A stretch of 64,000 bases of DNA, taken from contig SVTH01000001.1 in the NCBI GenBank assembly GCA_015063885.1, positions 91,182-155,181 on the forward strand. The letters are read 5' to 3'. Shown here in pieces: positions 50,805-58,913 of the stretch. The stretch comes from Oscillospiraceae bacterium (GTDB lineage: Bacteria; Bacillota; Clostridia; Oscillospirales; CAG-382). How positions within the stretch are numbered: position 1 is the first letter of the stretch; each line of letters opens with the position of its first letter. The position numbers and the translations under genes were made by a program. The notes below the pieces were generated by a model that saw only the letters and a program-made list of their open reading frames with translations, did no database searches and was not told where the DNA came from.

Positions 50805-53706
50805 CGTGGTGACGGCAGGCTGAAGAACGTATTCCGTCTCCGTCCGTCCTGCGGGATAGGTGTATCATCCTATCGGAAAGATCGTATACAACGCCGTCAA
50901 GATCGTGGTAAACGGTATTGCCCTCCTCCACGTGAACTGCCGTCAGCAGTGGGCAGAAAGCAAATGCACCGTTCCCCAGCACGGAAACGCTTGCGGGAAC
51001 CGTCACTTCTCTCAACGCCGTTTCTGCGAAGGCAAGCTTCCCCACAGACTCCAGCCGCCCGGGAAGGCGGATCTCTTCAAGAATAGCGCAGCCCCTAAAG
51101 GCGGATCCCCCGATCACCCGAAGACTGCTGTTTTCACCGAAGGATACCTTCGCCAAAGGGTTCCCGATGAAGGCTTCCGTTCCGATCTCTGCGACGGAAT
51201 CGGGGAACTCGATCTCTCTGAGGGAACAGGTAGCAAAGGCGTTTTGGTCGATGAGAGACAGCGTGCTGTTTTCCGCAAATGCGATCTTTTCCAGTCCGCT
51301 TTGCGCAAACGCCCCGGACCCGATATAGCCGATTCCCGCGGGAATGGTGATCTCTCGGAGCGATGAACAGGAATTGAAGCAGTAAGACGCCACATCCGTC
51401 AGTCCGTTCCCCAAGGTCACGGACCCAAGATCGCGGTTGGCGGCAAACGCACCCTTGCCCAGGGAGGCAACGTTGTCGGGAATCACCAGCTCCTGCAGAA
51501 GAGCGCCTTCAAAGCCGTAGCTTCCGATGGCTTCCACACTGCCGAGCTCCACGTTCGTCAGCCGTGCAAAGGCAAAGGCATAGTCGGCGATGGTTTTGGT
51601 ATTTTCATGCACCGTGTAGCTGTTGCCGTGTGCGGCGGGATAGGCCGCCAACACGCTTTGCGTGGTGTTGTAAAGTACGCCGCCGTCGGAAACGAACAGA
51701 GCGTTCCCTGTCTGCACCTTGATCTCGTAAAGGGAAAGATCCCCGTAGAAGGCAGTTGCGTTGATTCCTTCCAGCGAGGCGGGAAGCTCAATGCTTCTCA
51801 AGCTTCCGCAATGGCTGAAGGCAAAAATCCCCACCGTCTTCAGCTTGCTCTGCCCCGTAAACGCCACGGTGGAAAGACGGATGTTTTCCGTAAAGGCAAA
51901 TTCGCCGATGGTGACGACGTTCTCGGGGATATAAATGCTCAGCAAATTGGAGCATCCCTCAAAAGCATAACGCTTGATGGTCGTCAGTCCGGCAGGCAGG
52001 CCTACCTCGCGGAGACGGGTCTGTCCCGCAAAGGCAAATTCGCCGATAGAAGACACAACCTTCCCATTGATCTTCTCGGGGATGGTAATGTATCTCCGTC
52101 TGCCGGTGTAGGAACGGATCTCGATGGTGCCGTCCTCCAGCTCCACGTAGGTAAAGGGCACGCCGTCCTCCTCGTTGGCCCACTTGGCGTACAAGGTAAT
52201 ATCGTCGTAAAATGGATCTTCGTAGTATACGTATTCCTGGGTAAAGGTATCGTCGTAATACCATCCGTCAAAAACGGTGTAAAGTCTCTCCGGCTCGGGG
52301 AGCTGCTGCAGGGTGTGTCCCCGGATAAACAACGCTTCCTCGTTTTCCAGCTCATCGGTGAGCATTTCAAAGGTCACCGTGTTCCGCTCCTCCAGCAAAA
52401 GGGCGTGGAGATCAAGGGCGCCGAAGCCGTAGGTCCAGTCTTCACCCGGATCTCCCAGGTCCCGGCAGGAGGCATACAGCACCTCCGTCACGTCCTTGAC
52501 TGTGGTATAGGGGGTGTTCTGCATCAGCAAAGCCAGCCCGCCCGCCACCACAGGGGAGGCCAGAGAGGTGCCGTTCATATTGCCGTAAGCTCCGTGGATC
52601 AAAGCCGTGTAGGTGGTACCGGGAGCAACCAGATCCAGGTTGTCCCCATAGTTGGAGTAGGGCGCAAGCTCCCAGCCGTCTGCTTCCAAAGCGCCGACGC
52701 CAATGACGTTGGGGTCTGCCGCAGGCCAGCAAAGGGAAGTGGTGCCGTCGTTCCCCGCCGCCGCCACGCAGACGATATCGCTGTCAACGGCAAGCTGTGC
52801 TGCCTCCGCAAAGGGATTTACGGGAGAATACGTACCGAAGGACATATTCACCACCTGAACGTCCCGCTCGATGACGTAGTAAAGGCCGAACACCAGATCG
52901 GAGGTGCGATAGAAGGTGCCGTTTGCATCGCACTCCGCCTTGATCACCAGGATCTCCGCATAAGGGGCAATACCCACCACGTTCCCGCTGTTCATGGACG
53001 CGGCAATAACGCCCGCCACGGCGGTACCGTGTCCGACTTCATCTTCTACCAAGGACCAGTCGTAATTCCCGTTTTCATCCGCCCAATCCTTGACGATTTT
53101 ATCCTCGGTGGCGTTGTAGGAATACTCGCTGATCCTTCCCGCAAATTCGGGATGGTCCGTATCAATACCCGTGTCGATCACGGCAACCGTTACGCCTGCA
53201 CCGTTGCAGCTGCTCCAGACGTCCTGCATGTTCAGGTAGTCCAGATAAGTCTGCAGCTCGTAGTCGGTATCGCTCACCGTATATTGCGGACGGGTAGGCA
53301 ACCGTTCATCAGAGTCCCCCGCGCCGTCTGCGTCGCTGATACGAACCTGATAGTCCACAGCCATCTTTTCCAGATGCTCCAGATTCTCCTCGTCCGCATA
53401 CACGTCCCGAATGGTGACCCCCTCGGGTAACGTCAGCGTGGCAAACCGCCCGTCTTCCGTAATGCGGAGCTTGGCGCCGAAAAGATCCGCCAGCTCCTCC
53501 GCATTCGCCTTGGACGTCTGATTCAGCACGATGCTCTGCTCGTCGTACGTGCCGATATTCCGCTCCAATTCCTCCAAAGCGGAATTGCGCAGCTCCTCCA
53601 GCTCCGAACGGCGTACCGACTGCTTCAGCAGGACCGCCGCCAAAGCAGAAGTCGCCAGCACCAGCACCAGAATGACCGCCAAAACGATTCTTCCTTTGCG
53701 TGTCAT
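50728..53706 (-). CDS. 5' segment of the same gene: signal-anchored subtilisin-like S8 serine protease, InlB-B repeat and BspA-type LRRs
   Basis: 992-aa ORF. MTRKGRIVLAVILVLVLATSALA, VAVIDTGIDTDHPEF (Asp), GHGTAVAGVIAA (His), NGTSLASPVVAG (Ser), VFDGWYYDDTF, then LRRs. The last ~43 aa (SRRTDGDGIRSS...) look like out-of-frame read-through. Confidence 0.8.
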   Translation of the reverse strand: MTRKGRIVLAVILVLVLATSALAAVLLKQSVRRSELEELRNSALEELERNIGTYDEQSIVLNQTSKANAEELADLFGAKLRITEDGRFATLTLPEGVTIRDVYADEENLEHLEKMAVDYQVRISDADGAGDSDERLPTRPQYTVSDTDYELQTYLDYLNMQDVWSSCNGAGVTVAVIDTGIDTDHPEFAGRISEYSYNATEDKIVKDWADENGNYDWSLVEDEVGHGTAVAGVIAASMNSGNVVGIAPYAEILVIKAECDANGTFYRTSDLVFGLYYVIERDVQVVNMSFGTYSPVNPFAEAAQLAVDSDIVCVAAAGNDGTTSLCWPAADPNVIGVGALEADGWELAPYSNYGDNLDLVAPGTTYTALIHGAYGNMNGTSLASPVVAGGLALLMQNTPYTTVKDVTEVLYASCRDLGDPGEDWTYGFGALDLHALLLEERNTVTFEMLTDELENEEALFIRGHTLQQLPEPERLYTVFDGWYYDDTFTQEYVYYEDPFYDDITLYAKWANEEDGVPFTYVELEDGTIEIRSYTGRRRYITIPEKINGKVVSSIGEFAFAGQTRLREVGLPAGLTTIKRYAFEGCSNLLSIYIPENVVTIGEFAFTENIRLSTVAFTGQSKLKTVGIFAFSHCGSLRSIELPASLEGINATAFYGDLSLYEIKVQTGNALFVSDGGVLYNTTQSVLAAYPAAHGNSYTVHENTKTIADYAFAFARLTNVELGSVEAIGSYGFEGALLQELVIPDNVASLGKGAFAANRDLGSVTLGNGLTDVASYCFNSCSSLREITIPAGIGYIGSGAFAQSGLEKIAFAENSTLSLIDQNAFATCSLREIEFPDSVAEIGTEAFIGNPLAKVSFGENSSLRVIGGSAFRGCAILEEIRLPGRLESVGKLAFAETALREVTVPASVSVLGNGAFAFCPLLTAVHVEEGNTVYHDLDGVVYDLSDRMIHLSRRTDGDGIRSSACRHHGGGVRLCGYEEPGHRRSSRRVDLVG

Positions 53707-53743
53707 AGAAAACCTCCCGATGACATTTCATTTCTTCCTAATT

Positions 53744-53772
53744 ATTTTATCACCTTGTTCACAAAATGTCAA
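53744..53772 (-). promoter_or_regulatory. Sigma-A promoter of the S8-LRR giant gene
   Basis: Minus strand: TTGACA (53772-53767), 17 nt, TGaTAAAAT. GGGAGG RBS before ATG 53706. Confidence 0.6.
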
Positions 53773-53892
53773 CATTTTCCACAACTCGTATAACGAAAAA
53801 GAATACCGCCCTACCATATATCTTCCTCCGACGGAATTCCCGTCCAAAACACGATTGTACCCTCTTTTCGCACAAATGCCCCCGTAAATCCC

Positions 53893-53921
53893 TTGACGAA
53901 ACTCCACTTTCGTGCTATACT
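53893..53921 (+). promoter_or_regulatory. Sigma-A promoter of the aminotransferase/transferase operon
   Basis: TTGACG (53893-53898), 17 nt, TGcTATACT (53913-53921). Confidence 0.6.
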
Positions 53922-53969
53922 GTCTCCGTAAAAATAGGGGCGGTATGCTCTTGATATAGAAGAGGTTTC

Positions 53970-55169
53970 ATGCGGATGGAACTCAAACCCTTTGAACGAA
54001 AAATATGGCTCTCCTCGCCCACTATGCACGGGGAAGAGCTTACCTATATGCAACAGGCGTACGACACCAACTGGATGTCCACCCTGGGGGAAAATATCAA
54101 CGAGATCGAGCGCATCGCTTGCGAAAAGGTCGGTTGCCAATATGCCGTAGCCCTTTCTTGCGGCACTGCGGCACTCCATATGGCGGTGAAGCTGGCAGGC
54201 GTCAAGCCGGGCGACAACGTTTTTTGTACCGACATGACCTTCGGCGCCACTGTAAATCCCGTGGTGTACGAGCGCGGCAACCCCATTTTTATTGATACGG
54301 AATACGATACCTGGAATATGGATCCCGTGGCACTGGAGAAGGCCTTTGCCCTTTATCCCGATACCAAGGTGGTCATTGCCGTCAATCTGTACGGTACCCC
54401 CGCTAAGCTGGACGAACTCTGCGCTATTTGCAGTAAGCATGGTGCGGTCCTGATCGAAGACGCCGCAGAATCCCTGGGCGCCACTTACAAAGGCCGCCAG
54501 ACAGGCTCCTTCGGTACTTATAACGCCATTTCCTTTAACGGCAATAAGATCATTACCGGTTCCTCCGGCGGGATGCTGTTGACCGACGATCCCGCTGCGG
54601 CACAGAAGGTGCGGAAATGGTCTACCCAAAGCCGGGAGAACGCTCCCTGGTATCAGCACGAGGAGCTGGGCTATAACTACCGTATGAGCAACGTGATCGC
54701 AGGGGTGGTCCGCGGGCAGTTCCCCCATTTGGAAGAACATATTGCCAAAAAGAAGGAGATCTACTTCCGTTACAAGGAAGGCTTTGAAGGTCTCCCCGTA
54801 TCCATGAATCCTTACGACGAGACCGCTTCGGAGCCGAACTTCTGGCTTTCTTGCCTGCTCATTGAAGAAAACGCCATGTGCAAGCAGACCAGAACAGCTA
54901 CCGAGGCAAGTTACGTGAGCGAAGCAGGGAAGTCCTGCCCCACACAGATCTTGGAGACCCTGGCAAGCTGTCATGCGGAAGGGCGCCCTATCTGGAAGCC
55001 CATGCACCTCCAGCCCATCTACAGCGGCAGACCCTTTGTTTCCGTAACCCCCGGCGCAGACGTGGGTGCAGATATCTTCGCCCGAGGCCTGTGCCTCCCC
55101 AGCGATATCAAGATGACGGCAAAAGAGCAGGAACAGATCATCGCTATCGTCAGATCCTGCTTTGACTGA
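53970..55169 (+). CDS. DegT/DnrJ/EryC1/StrS-family sugar aminotransferase (PglE-like)
   Basis: 399 aa. LSSPTMHGEE, ALSCGTAALH, IEDAAESLGA, AISFNGNKIITGSSGGML (PLP Lys), YNYRMSN. Confidence 0.9.
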   Translation: MRMELKPFERKIWLSSPTMHGEELTYMQQAYDTNWMSTLGENINEIERIACEKVGCQYAVALSCGTAALHMAVKLAGVKPGDNVFCTDMTFGATVNPVVYERGNPIFIDTEYDTWNMDPVALEKAFALYPDTKVVIAVNLYGTPAKLDELCAICSKHGAVLIEDAAESLGATYKGRQTGSFGTYNAISFNGNKIITGSSGGMLLTDDPAAAQKVRKWSTQSRENAPWYQHEELGYNYRMSNVIAGVVRGQFPHLEEHIAKKKEIYFRYKEGFEGLPVSMNPYDETASEPNFWLSCLLIEENAMCKQTRTATEASYVSEAGKSCPTQILETLASCHAEGRPIWKPMHLQPIYSGRPFVSVTPGADVGADIFARGLCLPSDIKMTAKEQEQIIAIVRSCFD

Positions 55170-55851
55170 CGGGGGAGTGATGCATATGTACGCAAAGTGT
55201 TTCAAGCGCATCATCGACTTTACCCTGTCTCTCATCGCCCTTGCTATTCTCCTGCCGGTTCTGCTGCTTTTGGCTATCATCGGCGCCATTGCTATGAAGG
55301 GCAACCCCTTCTTCGTTCAGCCCCGCCCGGGGAAAAAGGACAAAAACGGCAAGGAGAAGATCTTCAAGCTCATCAAGTTCCGTACCATGTCCAACCAAAA
55401 GGACAAAAACGGCAACCTCCTCCCCGACGATGCTCGCCTGAATAAATACGGCAAATTCCTGCGTTCCACCTCCCTGGACGAGCTCCCCGAGCTGCTGAAC
55501 ATCCTCAAAGGCGACATGGCCATCGTCGGCCCGAGGCCTTTGTTGGTCAGTTATTTGCCTTATTATACTGAAGAAGAGCGTAAAAGACATGATGTTCGTC
55601 CGGGTCTTACTGGATTGGCACAAGTTAGTGGAAGAAATACGGTTTCATGGGAAAAGAGATTTGAGCTGGATGTGGAATATCGTGACAATATAACTTTTAT
55701 GAATGATGTAAAAATAATCATCAACACCGTAAAAGCCGTTCTTTCTCACGATAGCATAGAATTGAATGCGTTGGAGAATTTTGATGAATATAGAAAAAAA
55801 CAAGCAGATAATGCCGACACTGATGCAGTCGTTGGGACGATTCAAAAATAA
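55162..55851 (+). CDS. Initiating undecaprenyl-phosphate sugar phosphotransferase (PglC/WbaP C-terminal type)
   Basis: 229 aa. KRIIDFTLSLIALAILLPVLLL, KFRTM, SLDELPELLNILKGDMAIVGPRPLL, RPGLTGLAQV. The start could be 55180 or 55186. GC content drops sharply at about 55545 inside the gene. Confidence 0.9.
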   Translation: MTDGGVMHMYAKCFKRIIDFTLSLIALAILLPVLLLLAIIGAIAMKGNPFFVQPRPGKKDKNGKEKIFKLIKFRTMSNQKDKNGNLLPDDARLNKYGKFLRSTSLDELPELLNILKGDMAIVGPRPLLVSYLPYYTEEERKRHDVRPGLTGLAQVSGRNTVSWEKRFELDVEYRDNITFMNDVKIIINTVKAVLSHDSIELNALENFDEYRKKQADNADTDAVVGTIQK

Positions 55852-56725
55852 TAATCTGTATATTAAGCGAGATGATTTGTTACCATTTTCTTTTGGTGGA
55901 AACAAAGCAAGAAAGGCAATGTATTTTCTTGATGATATAAAAAGAACGAACTCTGATTGCATTATTACATATGGCAGTAACAGTAGTAATCATTGTCGAA
56001 TCATTGCTAATCTGGCGGCGTCGCTGAGAGTAAAATGTATAATCATTTCGCCTGAAGAAGATGATGGGTCTACATTTAATTTGCAGATGTTGAATTATTT
56101 TGGGGTGGATATAATCCGTTGCGCCATATCGAATGTCTCAAAAACAATAGAAGATACAGTTGTTGCGATGAAATGTCAAGGATATACTCCATATTTTATT
56201 ATGGGGGGAGGACATGGTAATTTAGGCACTCAAGCTTATGTTGATTGCTTCTCTGAAATTATGAATTATGAAAGCGACCATAACATTCAATTTGATTGCA
56301 TTTTTCACGCTTCGGGTACAGGGACAACGCAGGCGGGCCTTGTATGCGGGAAGCTATTGAATAACCATAATACAAAAATTATCGGAGTGAGCATTGCCAG
56401 AAGGAATCCCAAAGGCAAGCAGATCGTGTTAGATAGTGTAAATGAATATATGACCTCGGTAGGCTTTACGGATGATTATGCTGGACAAGTTGAACTGATA
56501 GACGATTATGTTCTTGATGGTTACGGGAAATATAACACAGAAATAGATCAAACAATCCAAAATGTCCTAACGGACTATGGTATCCCCTTAAACAGAACAT
56601 ATACAGGAAAGGCATTCTGGGGGATGGAAAAGTATTTAGAGAAAGAAAGCATTGAAAACAAGAATATTCTGTTTGTTCATACAGGAGGAACACCTTTGTT
56701 CTTCGATTATTTGAGGCGGATGTAG
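55784..56725 (+). CDS. PLP-dependent enzyme of the ACC deaminase / D-cysteine desulfhydrase family
   Basis: LYIKRDDLLPFSFGGNKARKAMYFLDD (Lys for PLP), HASGTGTTQAG, HTGGTP. The start is uncertain (55766/55784/55814/55826). Low GC. Confidence 0.7.
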   Translation: MNIEKNKQIMPTLMQSLGRFKNNNLYIKRDDLLPFSFGGNKARKAMYFLDDIKRTNSDCIITYGSNSSNHCRIIANLAASLRVKCIIISPEEDDGSTFNLQMLNYFGVDIIRCAISNVSKTIEDTVVAMKCQGYTPYFIMGGGHGNLGTQAYVDCFSEIMNYESDHNIQFDCIFHASGTGTTQAGLVCGKLLNNHNTKIIGVSIARRNPKGKQIVLDSVNEYMTSVGFTDDYAGQVELIDDYVLDGYGKYNTEIDQTIQNVLTDYGIPLNRTYTGKAFWGMEKYLEKESIENKNILFVHTGGTPLFFDYLRRM

Positions 56726-56727
56726 AG

Positions 56728-57690
56728 ATGAATATTTTATTATTAAGTGTCGGAACTCGCAATAAGATAGTTCAATATTTTAAGAAAACCGTTGGTGTTA
56801 CTGGCAATGTAATCGCCACCGATATGAGTGAACTTGCATCGGCTGTATATGAAGCGGATAAGTTTTACAAAGTCCCTCGAATGACCGATGATGGTTATAT
56901 TGATGTTGTTTTTGATATTTGTAAGAAAGAGAATATCGGAAGTGTGTTGACTTTAATTGATCCAGAGCTTTCGCTGCTTGCAAAGCACAAAGACAAATTT
57001 GCAGAACTCGGAGTAAAAGTTATTGGTTCTTCATACGAACTATGTGAACGAGCGCTTGACAAAATGGAAATGTACAATTGGCTTACAATTCATGGGTATA
57101 ACTGTGCAAAGAGCTATATAAACAAAGAAAAGTTCTATGCGGACGTAGATGCTGGAATCATTACATATCCGGTATTTGTAAAGCCTGTTCGAGGAAGTGC
57201 AAGTATTGCCATTTCCAAGGTTTACGATAAAGAAACAGTTGAGTTGCTTTTTGCACATAATGATAACTTGATGATTCAAGAATTTCTTGACGGACAGGAA
57301 ATCGGTGCCGATGTATATATTGATATGCTCAGTAGAGAAACTGTGTCGATCTTTACCAAAAAGAAAATTGTAATGCGTGCTGGCGAAACAGATAAAGCTG
57401 TCTCTTTCAAGGATGAAAAATTATTTGCACTAATTGAAAAATTCGCAAATGAAAGCGGTTGGTTGGGACAAATTGACATTGATATTTTTGAGGTCAATGA
57501 AGAGTACTACATATCTGAAGTGAATCCTCGATTTGGCGGTGGCTATCCTCATGCGCATGAGTGCGGATGCGATCATGTTGCCATGATATTGAAAAATCTT
57601 TGCGGAATTGCTAACGAAAAAAAGATAGGCTCATACGATAGTGATGTGTACATGATGAAATACAACGAGTTAATGTTGAAAAAGGCATAG
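56728..57690 (+). CDS. ATP-grasp family ligase
   Basis: 320 aa. Pre-ATP-grasp N-terminus (ILLLSVGTRNKIV), YPVFVKPVRGSASI, MIQEFLDGQEIGADVY, EVNPRFGGGYP. Confidence 0.8.
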   Translation: MNILLLSVGTRNKIVQYFKKTVGVTGNVIATDMSELASAVYEADKFYKVPRMTDDGYIDVVFDICKKENIGSVLTLIDPELSLLAKHKDKFAELGVKVIGSSYELCERALDKMEMYNWLTIHGYNCAKSYINKEKFYADVDAGIITYPVFVKPVRGSASIAISKVYDKETVELLFAHNDNLMIQEFLDGQEIGADVYIDMLSRETVSIFTKKKIVMRAGETDKAVSFKDEKLFALIEKFANESGWLGQIDIDIFEVNEEYYISEVNPRFGGGYPHAHECGCDHVAMILKNLCGIANEKKIGSYDSDVYMMKYNELMLKKA

Positions 57691-57694
57691 AAAA

Positions 57695-58045
57695 ATGAAC
57701 ATTGTGTTTCTTACCATTGGTTCATTCAACAGTATTGAAGACCACTCCATATATACCGATCTGCTGAGAACCTTTCGAAACAATGGGCATGACATATACG
57801 TTGTGTGCGCAAATGAAAAGCGCGAGGGAAAACCTACCGAGTTTCTACACGAAAGTGGAATCCACCTTCTTCGTGTAAAGAGCGGAACGGTTAGTATTGG
57901 TGAAAACACATGGATTGGCGCAGGAGCAACAGTCGTTAATAACGTGGACATTTGCCCCGATTGTTTGATCGGTGCAGGGGCTGTGGTTGTCAAGACCATA
58001 CGTGAACCCGGTAAATATATAGGAGTTCCTGCGAGAATTAAATAA
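57695..58045 (+). pseudogene. Chimeric remnant: GT4 N-terminal fragment fused to the C-terminal hexapeptide-repeat acetyltransferase fragment
   Basis: 116 aa. Residues 1-62, MNIVFLTIGSFNSIEDHSIYTDLLRTF..GHDIYVVCA...GIHLLRVK, resemble a GT-B N-terminus. Residues 63-116, SIGENTWIGAGATVVNNVDICPDCLIGAGAVVVKTI.EPGKYIGVPARI, resemble a left-handed beta-helix tail. Too short for either fold. Confidence 0.5.
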
Positions 58046-58064
58046 CGAGGTTTGAGGAGTAACT

Positions 58065-58913
58065 ATGTCCCTTACGCTCATGTACATCACGAACAACCCT
58101 CAGGTTGCCGCTATTGCACAAAAAGCGGGCGTAGACCGTATTTGGGTTGATATGGAATATATTGGAAAAGAAGACCGCCAAAAAGGTATGAATACCGTCA
58201 AGTCGTTCCATACCGTCGAAGACGTTCGTGCATTACGCTCTATCGTAACCTGCTCGCAACTGATGGTGCGTGTCAATCCTTGGCATTGTGCGACGGATGA
58301 ATACGGTTCCTCTGAGGAGGAAATTGATGCTGTAATTGATGCCGGCGCTGATGTGATCATGCTTCCGTATTTCAAAACGAAAGCAGAGGTTACGAATTTT
58401 ATTCGTTGCGTCAACGGTAGAGCCACTGCTATGATTTTGGTGGAAACTGCGGAAGCTGTGTCAAGCATTGATGAGATCCTTTCAGTCCCGGGGATCGATG
58501 AGGTGCATATTGGTCTCAATGATCTTCATCTTGCATATGGGATGAAGTTCATGTTTGAATTGCTGGCGGATGGCACCGTTGAAAAGCTGTGCAAAAAAAT
58601 CGCCGCTAAAGGTCTTAAATACGGCTTTGGCGGAATCGCCAGAGTCGGATACGGAATGCTTCCGGCGGAGTATATCATGGGGGAGCATTATCGCTTGGGC
58701 TCAACGCGTGCTATTTTATCTCGCGGTTTTTGTGATGCAAATATTGTTGCCGATCCTTCTACGATTGAAAACATCTTTATTGAAGGCGTAGAGAATATTC
58801 GAAAGAAAGAAAAGGAACTCGAGCATCTCTCTTTGGAACAGTTTGCCGAGAATCGCTGGATCGTAGCTCAAAAAGTCCGGGAAATAGTAAAAAGCAAGGA
58901 ATCTCTTGGATGA
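58065..58913 (+). CDS. HpcH/HpaI aldolase / citrate-lyase-beta-like family protein
   Basis: 282 aa. GVDRIWVDMEY, MVRVN, AGADVIMLPYFKTKAEV, ILVETAEAVSSIDEILSVPGIDEVHIGLNDL. Confidence 0.6.
   Translation: MSLTLMYITNNPQVAAIAQKAGVDRIWVDMEYIGKEDRQKGMNTVKSFHTVEDVRALRSIVTCSQLMVRVNPWHCATDEYGSSEEEIDAVIDAGADVIMLPYFKTKAEVTNFIRCVNGRATAMILVETAEAVSSIDEILSVPGIDEVHIGLNDLHLAYGMKFMFELLADGTVEKLCKKIAAKGLKYGFGGIARVGYGMLPAEYIMGEHYRLGSTRAILSRGFCDANIVADPSTIENIFIEGVENIRKKEKELEHLSLEQFAENRWIVAQKVREIVKSKESLG

Noticed and set aside
50840-50880. Programmed ribosomal frameshift at the S8/LRR junction.
   Set aside because: No slippery heptamer or homopolymer longer than 2 nt lies at the shift site (gataggatgatacacctatcccgc), and I see no obvious downstream stimulatory structure. 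A sequencing or assembly indel or a true inactivating mutation is simpler.
35175-53921. A shared, locus-specific promoter motif (TCTTGACG...TTTCGTGGTATACT) at 35175, 40885 and 53893, suggesting a dedicated polysaccharide regulon.
   Set aside because: The same extended pattern (TTGACA/G, 17 nt, TTTCGGTGGTATACT or TTTGTGGTAAACT) also occurs at unrelated genes (11498, 3366). It most likely reflects the organism's general sigma-A consensus.
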